A stretch of 64,000 bases of DNA. Source: Nitrospirales bacterium (GTDB lineage Bacteria > Nitrospirota > Nitrospiria > Nitrospirales > UBA8639). Positions 9,322 through 18,854 of this stretch are shown in pieces (the stretch's first letter is position 1; every line of letters begins with the position of its first letter). The stretch covers positions 1,728,001 to 1,792,000 of the forward strand of contig CBDCWC010000003.1 in NCBI GenBank assembly GCA_965223295.1, written 5' to 3'. The notes under the pieces were generated by a model. It saw only the letters and a program-made list of their open reading frames with translations, was not told the DNA's origin and did not search any database. Position numbers and translations under genes: made by a program.

Positions 9322-10167
9322 ATGAAAACAGTCATCTCATTTGTTGCCACGCTCATGTTAGTTGGCGCGCCAGGCGCGTTTGCTCAATCACAGATTGACG
9401 GCGAAGTCAGAAATAAGGCTGAGATCACTGACTCGACCAACCAAAGCTATGCTGGAGAAAGAGGAGCCGCGAACCAGGGGTCTGTGCACATCAAGAATTC
9501 ACCGGTTGAAAGGGGCGCCCTAATTAAGAATGAGGCTAAGATTAGAAACAGTCATAACTACGCCAATGCAGAAGGCGCGGATGCCAATCAAGGGTCGGCC
9601 CAAGTTCTGTTTGGCGAGGTCTCTGGCACAGTCGACAACTGGGCCGATATTAAGGACAGTTACAACTACGGTGATGGCAGGCATTCAGATGCCAATCAGG
9701 GCTCGATTCAAGTGAAGGATGGTAGTAGCGTGTCGGGCCTGGTCAAAAACCACGCCACGATTAGAGAGAGTGATAACACTGCCAGTGGGAATTATTCGGA
9801 TGCCAATCAGGGCTCGATCCAATTATTCAACAATAGCCGTGTATCTGGCGAGGCCTATAACACAGGTGAGATTAGGAACAGTGAAAATTGGGCAGAAGGC
9901 AACTATTCAGATGCCAACATGGGGTCGATCCAACTGGAGAATGGTGCGGTAGTCGAGCGCGGTGGGAAAATTGACAACAAATTCGACGTGCGGGATAGTC
10001 ACAACCATGCGGCTGCTCGAGATTCCGTGGCCAACATGGGTTCTGTCCGAGTCGAGAATTCGGAAATTACCGGGGCGGTGTACAACGATGCAACGGTGAA
10101 GAATTCCGATAACCATGCCTGGACGCAAGGTTCACGGGCCAACAGTGGCTCTGTCGACATTCACTAA
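9322..10167 (+). CDS. Secreted repeat protein B (putative beta-solenoid/amyloid-like major subunit)
   Basis: RBS AAGGAGG before ATG 9322; signal peptide ending AFA; seven AN[QMS]GS motifs 36-39 aa apart filling the mature chain. Confidence 0.8.
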   Translation: MKTVISFVATLMLVGAPGAFAQSQIDGEVRNKAEITDSTNQSYAGERGAANQGSVHIKNSPVERGALIKNEAKIRNSHNYANAEGADANQGSAQVLFGEVSGTVDNWADIKDSYNYGDGRHSDANQGSIQVKDGSSVSGLVKNHATIRESDNTASGNYSDANQGSIQLFNNSRVSGEAYNTGEIRNSENWAEGNYSDANMGSIQLENGAVVERGGKIDNKFDVRDSHNHAAARDSVANMGSVRVENSEITGAVYNDATVKNSDNHAWTQGSRANSGSVDIH

Positions 10168-10270
10168 TCAGCAATGGCACTATCGAATCGGGGACATCTT
10201 CCGATTCGATAGTGCTTTTCTTGAACTTCGTGTCGTAGAACGCAGAGACAATCAACAAAGGAGCCTGATC

Positions 10271-10591
10271 ATGAATCACAGAGCAACAAATGTTGGAATA
10301 TTGTTGGTTTCAATCTTTCTGATAGGAGCCTCTTTTGGATATGCTGGAGAGCTGGATGACGGAATTTCCAGCTACAATGACGAACCGATTGTGGCGGATG
10401 ATACGGCTCTTGAATCCGACCCCAATCTAAATTTTGTGATTGTAGACGCTATTTCCTCGGCCAGATCGGGCAACGGCAACAGCAATTTCAACGACGGCCA
10501 AGGCGATAACAATCAAAACAGTATTGTGTTTGAAGCGGGGGTTGGGGATATCAACGGCCCAATAACTAACATTGTGATTGAACAACCTTAG
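10271..10591 (+). CDS. Small secreted acidic Asn-rich protein
   Basis: RBS AGGAG; signal peptide ending GYA; D/N-rich mature part ending NNQNSIVF..ITNIVIEQP. Confidence 0.7.
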   Translation: MNHRATNVGILLVSIFLIGASFGYAGELDDGISSYNDEPIVADDTALESDPNLNFVIVDAISSARSGNGNSNFNDGQGDNNQNSIVFEAGVGDINGPITNIVIEQP

Positions 10592-10651
10592 TTTGACAGT
10601 TCTGAGGGAGTAAGACTGTCAACAATTCATAGAGAAGGAGTAGCGCACATC

Positions 10652-12208
10652 ATGATTGCTTTCAACCCATCAGCCACCACCATTATCGTTCGATTTATAC
10701 GGACTTGGGTTTTTGCTCCCCTGTTGGGCGTAACTTTGGCGGTGTTCGGTATCTCCTGCCAATCAATGGACCCCCGGAATGTAGATGTGGAGCTACCCGA
10801 CACGTTGCCCCAAGCCAAGGTGACATCGTATACCGAAGCGTTGTCACGCTTGGGAGACATGACTCAGATTTATGCCTCAGATATCTTAAAGATTCAGAGT
10901 AATCCGATCCGTGATAATACCGGAGCCTCTGCCCCGCTCGCGACCGGAGGAGAAATTCCTCGTGATATAACGGAAATGATTAAGACTTCTCTCAATTCGA
11001 TTGGTGGGCGAGTGACCTTTATCCCCTATGATCCCGCTTTTGTTCAGAATCAAACGCTGACAGGGTACTCAAATTTTGACAGGAAATTGATTCCTAATTT
11101 AGTCCTCAGCGGAGGGATTACCGAGTTTGATCGTGGACTGATCACCGAAGGGGAAAATACAGATGTCAGTTTGGAATATGAAGTTTCAGGTATTCCGGAT
11201 GCCTTGCCTTCTAAAAACCTAGGTGTTCGCTATGGGGATGAAGTCAAAGCCGGTTTGGCGCGGATTACTTTAGACTTCAATCTTGTAGATTTTCAAACCC
11301 TTTCTGGCATTCCGAAAATCAATGCTGTCAATACCATGGAGGTTAATAAGGCTCTTGGCGAGCGTGAACTTGGTGTGAGTATTTTCGGACAATCCTTTGG
11401 GTTGAAGGGATCTATGAAGAAAGTGCAGGGCCGTCATGCTGCTGTTCGACTGTTGGTGGAACTCAGCATGATTCAGATAGTGGGAAAATATTTGGCTGTT
11501 CCCTATTGGCGGTTATTGGGAGATGATGCGAACCCTGACCCGGTGGTTCTCCAAGCGGTAGCGAGCTACTATTCTTCTCTCTCGAACGAGAAGGTGAATA
11601 ATACGATTCAACAATGGCTCGCGGTATATGGTTATGACATGGACTTAGATGATGAGCTGGATGAGGCGACGAAGACAGCGTTGGCGGAAATCGATCCTGA
11701 ATTTAACCTTGATACTTCTTCGGTTAGCCTTGAGACCTTTACCAAGGTCTATCTGAATATCCCCTTGACACTTCAAGCTTTTCAGAATCGGCAAGTTCTG
11801 GCGCAGCGCCTCCGAGCGAAGGCTGAAAAAACCCGATTGGCTTCGGGAACATCTGAAGTCCCTCGTGAGACGCCAGGCCCTGTTCCGGCAGGGACAGAAA
11901 TGCCAGTGGCCTCGGATCCACCAGCTTCAGGTGAAATCATTGTCACGCAACCAGCTTCCCCGATGCCTCCGGTTGAACCCGTAACCCAGGCGGCGAGCCC
12001 ACCCGTGACGCCGAAGAAACCACAACAGATTGTGTCACCACCGCAACCGAAGACGAACCCGCAACCGTCCGCGAAACCTGAGCGGGCTTTGCAACCAGAC
12101 AAGGATCCGAAGCAGTATGTCGAGAAACAAGCTCCAACACCAGTGGCTCTTCAACCTATTGTTCGAACTGGAATTGGCCGGTTCCTAACTGAGGGAGAAT
12201 GGGAGTGA
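10652..12208 (+). CDS. CsgG/HfaB-like outer-membrane lipoprotein with putative peptidoglycan-binding region and Pro-rich tail
   Basis: Lipobox-like FGISC; CsgG-like core (LVLSGGITEFDRG..ARITLDFNLVDFQT..HAAVRLLVELS); PG-binding-like IQQWLAVYGY..LDEATKTAL; Pro/Gln-rich C-terminus. Confidence 0.65.
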   Translation: MIAFNPSATTIIVRFIRTWVFAPLLGVTLAVFGISCQSMDPRNVDVELPDTLPQAKVTSYTEALSRLGDMTQIYASDILKIQSNPIRDNTGASAPLATGGEIPRDITEMIKTSLNSIGGRVTFIPYDPAFVQNQTLTGYSNFDRKLIPNLVLSGGITEFDRGLITEGENTDVSLEYEVSGIPDALPSKNLGVRYGDEVKAGLARITLDFNLVDFQTLSGIPKINAVNTMEVNKALGERELGVSIFGQSFGLKGSMKKVQGRHAAVRLLVELSMIQIVGKYLAVPYWRLLGDDANPDPVVLQAVASYYSSLSNEKVNNTIQQWLAVYGYDMDLDDELDEATKTALAEIDPEFNLDTSSVSLETFTKVYLNIPLTLQAFQNRQVLAQRLRAKAEKTRLASGTSEVPRETPGPVPAGTEMPVASDPPASGEIIVTQPASPMPPVEPVTQAASPPVTPKKPQQIVSPPQPKTNPQPSAKPERALQPDKDPKQYVEKQAPTPVALQPIVRTGIGRFLTEGEWE

Positions 12209-12540
12209 TGAGTAGGGTTTTTAGAGTAGAACATCTCTGTTTGCTAGCCCTGACTGGAGCGGTTTTCGTTGGATCCGTCATATTCGCGATTGCTGGAAAC
12301 AAGGAAATGGTGAAGGAGACAGTTCAGGAACTGGACGAACTTAACATACAGGCCGTTGAACAAATTCCTGATCTTCCAAAAGATGGCACCGTCAATCTAA
12401 AAGCTGATGTGACGTATGAGAATGGTGCTCCCATTTTCGATATTTACGAAGAACATGTGACACCGGAAAAAGTTGAAGATATTCCTTTAGACCAAGATTA
12501 CACAATTGATTTACAGACAAAGGGAAGGAAAAAACAATGA
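12208..12540 (+). CDS. Small secreted hypothetical protein
   Basis: Coupled to the upstream gene (TGATG overlap); signal peptide ending AIA; acidic mature region. Confidence 0.65.
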   Translation: MSRVFRVEHLCLLALTGAVFVGSVIFAIAGNKEMVKETVQELDELNIQAVEQIPDLPKDGTVNLKADVTYENGAPIFDIYEEHVTPEKVEDIPLDQDYTIDLQTKGRKKQ

Positions 12541-13286
12541 ATACTAAGAATTTTTACAAGTTTATCGCTGTTGTTCTCATGGCTGGCGTGCTCGTTCCTC
12601 CTGTTTTTGCCGGGAACAAGAAAATTATGACGATCAGGGCGGCCAAGGTCATGGCAGAACGTGCACTCGTTGAATCTGTATATGGCTTGAAAGTTCGATC
12701 GACCGAAGAAGTGCAGGACCTTGTGGCGGTCAATTTTACTGGAAAAACGGAAACGAAAACCTCAGCTACCATTGGAGGCATTAAATTTGATGAAGTGATC
12801 TATGATGAGAAAAAGGATGTGGCTAAGGCCACGGCTACCTTGCAACTCGATCAACTCACAAATATTGATGGCCAAACATTGGATCTCAAAAACAAAGTAT
12901 TTCGTCGAGTTGCTTTTGCCACTTCCACACCCTCACAAGCCGGTCCACTGAAGGCTCTACGAGCGGCTGAAGTGGATGGGTACAAACAGTTAGTCAAACG
13001 AGTGGTGGGATTCACGTTAGAAAGCCAAACTACCGTCGAAAATTATCTTTTGACATCAGATCTAGTGAAAGCCAAAGCGCTTGCGACGATCTATCTCGCT
13101 GAGGTCGAAGAGTTCGGATGGGATGAATCGGGAGATGCTTTTGTCAAAATGGTCCTGAATGTCAAGGAGGTTGGCGATGTGCTAGGGCAAAAAATTGTTG
13201 GCGAAGATGACCTGATTGTTGTCGAAGGGGCGGGTGCACAAACTGATGATTTTAGCACCCAATCTCAAAGCCAACAGGGACAGTGA
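12537..13286 (+). CDS. LPP20/FlgP-like secreted protein with two similar domains
   Basis: Signal peptide; two copies of a RAA.V.A/G...LV..V.G..V/L.S...V motif. Confidence 0.65.
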   Translation: MNTKNFYKFIAVVLMAGVLVPPVFAGNKKIMTIRAAKVMAERALVESVYGLKVRSTEEVQDLVAVNFTGKTETKTSATIGGIKFDEVIYDEKKDVAKATATLQLDQLTNIDGQTLDLKNKVFRRVAFATSTPSQAGPLKALRAAEVDGYKQLVKRVVGFTLESQTTVENYLLTSDLVKAKALATIYLAEVEEFGWDESGDAFVKMVLNVKEVGDVLGQKIVGEDDLIVVEGAGAQTDDFSTQSQSQQGQ

Positions 13287-13648
13287 GGCATGATATGAGC
13301 AATGATCGACACAAAACACACGCCAAGTTTTTGCTTGTTGGGATACTGTTGGGGGTGAGTCTTTTCCTTTTGCTGGGCGCCAAGTCCCAAGATGATGTCG
13401 TCCTGTTGGCGAGCGATCGATATCGTGTTTCCTCATGGGGGGACGTCCATTCACACGGGGCTTTTGTGATCGACTCTCTCACTGGAAAAACCAAGCTAGT
13501 CTATCAGCATTTTTATCAGGCTTCTGGCAACGGAGTAGCAGATGATGAAATGATAGAAGACCAAAAAGGGGTCGAAGCAGGAGATAGCGGTAATGGTCCA
13601 GATTCACATCAAGATCATCTCGGTCTGCCATTCATTAAGATTCCCTAG
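13283..13648 (+). CDS. Hypothetical membrane-anchored or secreted protein
   Basis: 4-bp overlap with the upstream gene; N-terminal hydrophobic helix. Confidence 0.6.
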   Translation: MRHDMSNDRHKTHAKFLLVGILLGVSLFLLLGAKSQDDVVLLASDRYRVSSWGDVHSHGAFVIDSLTGKTKLVYQHFYQASGNGVADDEMIEDQKGVEAGDSGNGPDSHQDHLGLPFIKIP

Positions 13649-13812
13649 TTGTTTTTGGCATGTTGAAGTAAGAAAGGTGACACGCGGTACCAAGGAAGTG
13701 TCGTACACAAAGCTTGGTATTAAGTAGGGAACGTATGGAAAGAGAAAGGTGAGTTGGAAAGTGTTTTTTTACAGACCTTATAGATATTTCTCTGCGGTCC
13801 TTTGTTAGGAGT

Positions 13813-14559
13813 ATGACAATGATGCGGGCACACTTCTCAGCTCTCTACTTTGTGATAGGGTTTCCTTTTTGTCTGTTGCAGATATGCTCTACACTGGTAT
13901 CTGCGGAAGTAAGGGTGACCCAAACCAGCACCGTCAATTTGTCTCGAGAAGACGATACTGTGTCTTCTTTCACGACGTGCATTGTGGGAAATGGAAAAGA
14001 AGTAACCGAACAACGACGGCTGACAGATTTTTCGGAGATCAAGATTGATGGGGCGTTCACGGTTAATATTGATATTCAACCAGGAAGAAGTCTTATGGTC
14101 ACTGGTGATGAAAACCTTTTGTCTCGCTACGAGACAACAGTTCAGAACGGAAGGTTGTTTGTCAGCACTCATGGTGTTGTGTGTCCAGGAGTACCGCCAA
14201 AAATTCGAATGACCAACGATGTGCTTGCCATTCTCCTTGCTGAGGGGTCTGCTGATATCTCAATCTCTCATCTTGATAACCGGACCTTTGCGGTTCAGTT
14301 AGATGGGGCGAGTGAGCTGCAACTTTCCGGGAAAAGTGAAAAATTTATTGGCCGACTTCGGGGGGGCAATACGTTAAATGCCAGTGAGTTCCAGTCACAG
14401 GAAACGATGATTTCCATTGATGGCGCAGGGGAAGCGTTGGTCCATGCTGAACAAAAACTGGTTGTAGAGATCAAAGGTGTTGGAAACATCCTGTATGGAG
14501 GCCATCCTCACACCATCGAGCAACGAATTTATGGCACAGGTACCATTCAACCTCAATAG
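13813..14559 (+). CDS. Head GIN domain (DUF2807-like) secreted protein
   Basis: Signal peptide; GNGKEVTEQR.L.DFSEIKIDGAFTV..TGDENLL and repeated G.G beta-helix motifs. Confidence 0.85.
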   Translation: MTMMRAHFSALYFVIGFPFCLLQICSTLVSAEVRVTQTSTVNLSREDDTVSSFTTCIVGNGKEVTEQRRLTDFSEIKIDGAFTVNIDIQPGRSLMVTGDENLLSRYETTVQNGRLFVSTHGVVCPGVPPKIRMTNDVLAILLAEGSADISISHLDNRTFAVQLDGASELQLSGKSEKFIGRLRGGNTLNASEFQSQETMISIDGAGEALVHAEQKLVVEIKGVGNILYGGHPHTIEQRIYGTGTIQPQ

Positions 14560-16039
14560 TTTATTCCCCCTCACTTCTGTTTTGACAGGTGTGTTACTCC
14601 TCATGTTCTTGGGAACTCCTTCCGTTGTGCTAGCGGAGAATTCGCTCAAAGAGTCAATTGTCAAGTTGTATACGGTCTTCAATGAGCCTCAGTATCATGA
14701 GCCGTGGGCTATGAAAGGGCAAAGTACTCGCCATGGTTCTGGAAGTATTATTTCTGGACGCCGTATCCTCACGAACGCACATATTGTTAGTGATCGGATG
14801 TTTATTCAAGTCCGACGAGGGGGACAAGCCAAAAAATTTACAGCAGAAGTTGAAGCCGTGAGTCACGAAGCCGACCTGGCGATCGTTCGGGTTAAAGATG
14901 AAGACTTTTTTTTGAATACGACTCCGCTTGAAATCGGTGACCTTCCAGAATTGAAAGATACCGTGAGTGTGTATGGGTTTCCAGATGGAGGCGACAAGTT
15001 CTCAATGACAGAAGGAATTGTCTCAAGAATTGAGCATACCCAATATGTCCATAGCGGAGCGTCCTTGTTGGCGGGGCAAGTAGATGCTTCTATTAATTCG
15101 GGGAGTAGTGGTGGACCTGTTATCAAGGATGGGAAGATTGTTGGTGTCGCGTTTCAAAGCTTGAGAAATGATACCTATGCCAATGTCGGATATATGGTCC
15201 CGGCTCCAGTGATTCAACATTTCCTTGTGGATATGAGTGATGGAAAAATTCATGGGACTCCAACCTTAGGCGTTTCTCTGCAACAAATGGAAAACCCTGA
15301 CATTCGAAAAAGTTTTCATATGCAGCCGGACCATAGTGGTGTATTGGTCAATAAAATCTACCCCGGTTCTCCTGGTGAAGGACTACTGCGTAGGGGTGAT
15401 GTGCTTCTTTCGATTGATGGAATTAATATTGAAAATGATGGGACGGTAGAATTTCGAAAAGGAGAACGGACGTTTTTTTTATATATCATGCAACAGAAAC
15501 AGCTTCATGAGTCGGCTTCAATTACCATCTTGAGAGAAGGGGAAGAGCAGGTTCTTGCCATTCAATTGACCCAACCTGTTGGCTTTGACCGTTTGGTTCC
15601 CCATCGACAATATGACAATCCCCCTACTTATTTGATCATGGGAGGACTCATCTTTGAACCACTTACTTTGAATTACTTAGAAGGCTTCGGACCCAAGTGG
15701 AATCTTGTGGCTCCCGTGGAACAGATGAATTTTTTCATGAAGGGAGAGCCGACCAATGAGCAACGTGAGGTCATTGTACTGGTGAAGGTCTTAGCCGACG
15801 AAATGAATATTGGATATCATACTTCGAAGAATACTATCGTGAGCTCGGTTAATGGGAAAAAGATTTCTCGAATGACGGACCTAATAGATGCGTTTGAATC
15901 CCATGCTGGAAGGTTCCATGTGATTGAAGATAATCATGGATTTCAGATTACCTTGAATAAGTTTAGTGCCGAGGAAGCCCTGCCTCGGATTTTAAAAAAA
16001 TACAAGATCCCGTCCGATCGGTCAGAAAACTTGAAATAA
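14531..16039 (+). CDS. Deg/HtrA-family trypsin-like serine protease with PDZ domains (start uncertain)
   Basis: ILTNAH, DLAIV and INSGSSGGP catalytic motifs; PDZ (LRRGDVLLSIDG); Deg2/Deg9-like C-terminal domain (YLIMGGLIFEPLT). Confidence 0.9.
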   Translation: MAQVPFNLNSLFPLTSVLTGVLLLMFLGTPSVVLAENSLKESIVKLYTVFNEPQYHEPWAMKGQSTRHGSGSIISGRRILTNAHIVSDRMFIQVRRGGQAKKFTAEVEAVSHEADLAIVRVKDEDFFLNTTPLEIGDLPELKDTVSVYGFPDGGDKFSMTEGIVSRIEHTQYVHSGASLLAGQVDASINSGSSGGPVIKDGKIVGVAFQSLRNDTYANVGYMVPAPVIQHFLVDMSDGKIHGTPTLGVSLQQMENPDIRKSFHMQPDHSGVLVNKIYPGSPGEGLLRRGDVLLSIDGINIENDGTVEFRKGERTFFLYIMQQKQLHESASITILREGEEQVLAIQLTQPVGFDRLVPHRQYDNPPTYLIMGGLIFEPLTLNYLEGFGPKWNLVAPVEQMNFFMKGEPTNEQREVIVLVKVLADEMNIGYHTSKNTIVSSVNGKKISRMTDLIDAFESHAGRFHVIEDNHGFQITLNKFSAEEALPRILKKYKIPSDRSENLK

Positions 16040-16294
16040 GAACATTCTCCGAGCCTATATCTATTCCTGGAAGGGCTGTATGCAGTGTTGGCTTTGTTAA
16101 CTTGGTAGACGCAGAATGTGATGATAGGCGGCTTCGCTAGTCTTTAATACTCACTTCACGACCGGCCTTTTCGATCCTTTCATTGATAATATTTCCCAGA
16201 TGCGCCTATAGTATTAAGAGTCTGGAGCTGTAGGCTCTTGGGACCATACAAGTCATCAATGTGCTAGGGAGTGGATAGAGAATCCAACGTTTCC

Positions 16295-18676
16295 ATGTCC
16301 GACATCGTGTACTCCAACAAATACGAAGTTCGACAAGAGATTGCTCGGGGAGGAATGGGGATTGTCTATAAGGCATGGGATCGCATGCTTGAGCGTACCA
16401 TTGCCTTAAAAGTGATCCACCCGAATTTAGCGGACGACTCGGCCTTTGTGAAGCGTTTTTTTAACGAGGCGCGGAAAATGGCGCTTCTCCACCATCCGAA
16501 TATCATTCAAATTTTTTCTGTTGAGCGGGATCAAGATATTCCATTCTTGGTCATGGAGTATTTCCCAGGGGTAAATCTGAAGACCTATCTTCAGCAGAAC
16601 AGGCCTCTTGACGTCCATGCGGCTATCAGTATCGTTTCTCAAGTAGCCCATGCCCTGAGTTTTACGCATCAGAAAGGCATTATTCACCGGGATATCAAGC
16701 CTGCCAATATTTTGCTCGATGATGTATTGATGGTGAAACTCACTGATTTTGGTATTGCGAGAGCTTTTGGCGATGCCGCACAGACGGTTGCTGGACAATT
16801 ACTGGGAACGGTGAAATACCTATCTCCCGAACAAGCACGTGAAGACCATTTAGATGGCCGTTCGGATCTGTATGCTCTGGGGATGCTGTTTTTTGAATTA
16901 CTCACCGGGACTAACCCGCGGAGTGATACCACGACAGTTGCCATCTTGAGCAAGCTCGTGGTCGAAGGGCATGTGCCTGAATTGCATTTTCCAACCAGTC
17001 TTAATATTCCTTATGGCATTCAAAAGATCATCTGGGATCTTCTTCAATTCCGGCCTGAGGATCGAATTCTCAATGCAGAAACTCTCGTAGAACGTCTGAA
17101 GCATTTTTTGCCTGTTCAAACCACACAGATGGATTCTAACGCGGACCATACTACTGAAACCGTTACCCTTAATTTGAAGCACTCTCAAGGTCTTGGACAT
17201 GCACAACATGGTATGCCAAATTTCACTGATCTTTCTTCAGGTTCCCAGGGGAACATGTTTCAAAATGAGCCAATCCGCAAACCTCTAGAAGCGTTACCAA
17301 GTAAGGAGAGTAGAGCCTCTCGCTCAGGTGAACAGCAAGGTGTAGTTTCGTTAAGGACTAAATATGCTGTCTCTTCTTTTGCACTTTTCTTACTTTTGGC
17401 TCTGGGAGGAACTGGTTGGTTCTATTTCCAAAGTCAAATAGCAGAGGTCCACCTTGAAAATACCCCTCAAATTGCCAAGAAATCTGACAGACAAATTTCT
17501 TCGACTGGGGGCATTGTCCTTGAACGATCGATCTCGAATGTAGAGGTTCACGATAAGGATGTTTCACAAAGTTCACGTAAAGACACTATAAACGTATCTC
17601 CAGTCTTTCCTGCTCCAGAGAAATCCCGGAAGATGGAAGCCTCTTCTAGACAGAAACTTTCTTCAGCGCAGAATATCAATCAAGCAATTTCTTCATCAGT
17701 TCATCAAGAGGTTGATCCATCAACCTCTTCTTCCGTTTCATCTGGACTTGATGCTTCTGCAATAACAGTCCCAGAAAAGGCAACGCCATCTCATCCAGAG
17801 ATCACGGCTTCAACGCAGTCACTGGCAGAGACCAAGCCAACTGATAACGAAAAGGCCAATGTCGTACCAGAGCCAAACCTAGAAGTAAGCATCCCTGATG
17901 AACCCTCATCTGTGGAGTCTACAGCTACGCTTCCTGAGCCATCCACAAATACAATCCAAGAAGAGTGGGCCAAACCTTCTTCTGAGAACTTAGCTGTACT
18001 ACCCTCAGCCGAAGAGGCAAGTTCCTCTAGCTATGAAACGACTAGTGTCGCGTCAGCGCCAAACCTAGAAATGAGCACCTCTGACGAGTTTTTATCTAAC
18101 GACTCGGAGTCGGCACTTCCGGATGAAGTTACCGACGCAACCAAGAAGGAAGAAGTAGAATCTTTTTCTGAGGACTTGGCTTTATCACCCTCATCCGGTG
18201 AGGCAAATCTTCCTAGCGAGGCAAAGGTCTCTATTTCGACAGATCTCAATGAGGAAGTGCCCACTGGGCCCTTATCTCAAGAAGATTCACATCCCGCATT
18301 CTCCGAGGAGGAGGTAGAAGATAGTCAGGGAACTATCCTAGCTCATTCTTCTCAGAAAACCCTGGAATCAGACCTCCGCCTTCACGTTGAACAATTGCAA
18401 CAGGCCATCATTCAGAAAAATTGGGATACGCTGGAGCGTATTAGTTTAATGTCTGAGTCCCGTCGCATCTGGTTAACGACACTATATAAAAAGTATGAAT
18501 CGGTCCAAATCGATATAGCCCAAATCCAAACAGAATCAACGCAAGGCAGGGCAGTCATTCATTTTACCCAAGGTATTCGCCCGAACGGTGAAATCGTTAT
18601 CCCCAATAAAATAGGTCGAATCATTAAAGTGAGTATTCAAAAAAATGGGGACCAGTGGGGACCGATTATTTGGTGA
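16295..18676 (+). CDS. Membrane Hanks-type Ser/Thr protein kinase
   Basis: ARGGMGIVY, ALKV, HRDIKPANI, DFGIAR, GTVKYLSPEQ; one TM helix; long Ser/Glu-rich extracytoplasmic linker and a small C-terminal domain. Confidence 0.95.
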   Translation: MSDIVYSNKYEVRQEIARGGMGIVYKAWDRMLERTIALKVIHPNLADDSAFVKRFFNEARKMALLHHPNIIQIFSVERDQDIPFLVMEYFPGVNLKTYLQQNRPLDVHAAISIVSQVAHALSFTHQKGIIHRDIKPANILLDDVLMVKLTDFGIARAFGDAAQTVAGQLLGTVKYLSPEQAREDHLDGRSDLYALGMLFFELLTGTNPRSDTTTVAILSKLVVEGHVPELHFPTSLNIPYGIQKIIWDLLQFRPEDRILNAETLVERLKHFLPVQTTQMDSNADHTTETVTLNLKHSQGLGHAQHGMPNFTDLSSGSQGNMFQNEPIRKPLEALPSKESRASRSGEQQGVVSLRTKYAVSSFALFLLLALGGTGWFYFQSQIAEVHLENTPQIAKKSDRQISSTGGIVLERSISNVEVHDKDVSQSSRKDTINVSPVFPAPEKSRKMEASSRQKLSSAQNINQAISSSVHQEVDPSTSSSVSSGLDASAITVPEKATPSHPEITASTQSLAETKPTDNEKANVVPEPNLEVSIPDEPSSVESTATLPEPSTNTIQEEWAKPSSENLAVLPSAEEASSSSYETTSVASAPNLEMSTSDEFLSNDSESALPDEVTDATKKEEVESFSEDLALSPSSGEANLPSEAKVSISTDLNEEVPTGPLSQEDSHPAFSEEEVEDSQGTILAHSSQKTLESDLRLHVEQLQQAIIQKNWDTLERISLMSESRRIWLTTLYKKYESVQIDIAQIQTESTQGRAVIHFTQGIRPNGEIVIPNKIGRIIKVSIQKNGDQWGPIIW
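17872..18200 (+). repeat. Degenerate 186-bp (62 aa) internal duplication in the kinase linker
   Basis: GCCAAACCTAGAA at 17872 and 18058; PNLEVSIPDE..SSENLA..PSAEEA versus PNLEMSTSDE..FSEDLA..PSSGEA. Confidence 0.7.
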
Positions 18677-18854
18677 CGCTTTTTTCATCCTTGTAACTAC
18701 ACTGACAGATGAAGTAGTCAACAGGTTCTTCCATAGGAAGGAAAAGGCATGGTTTGTGCAAAGTAGAACTAACCTTACTCGGTAATATTGACAGAAAGGT
18801 TCCATACAGCTTTCGACTTTTATTGTTGTTTTCGTCTTTGCAAGGAGGTTTATC

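Noticed and set aside
8484-10167. Calling the repeat proteins CsgA/CsgB or FapB/FapC
   Set aside because: Repeat length differs from curlin, the consensus differs from Fap, and the accessory genes do not match either system.
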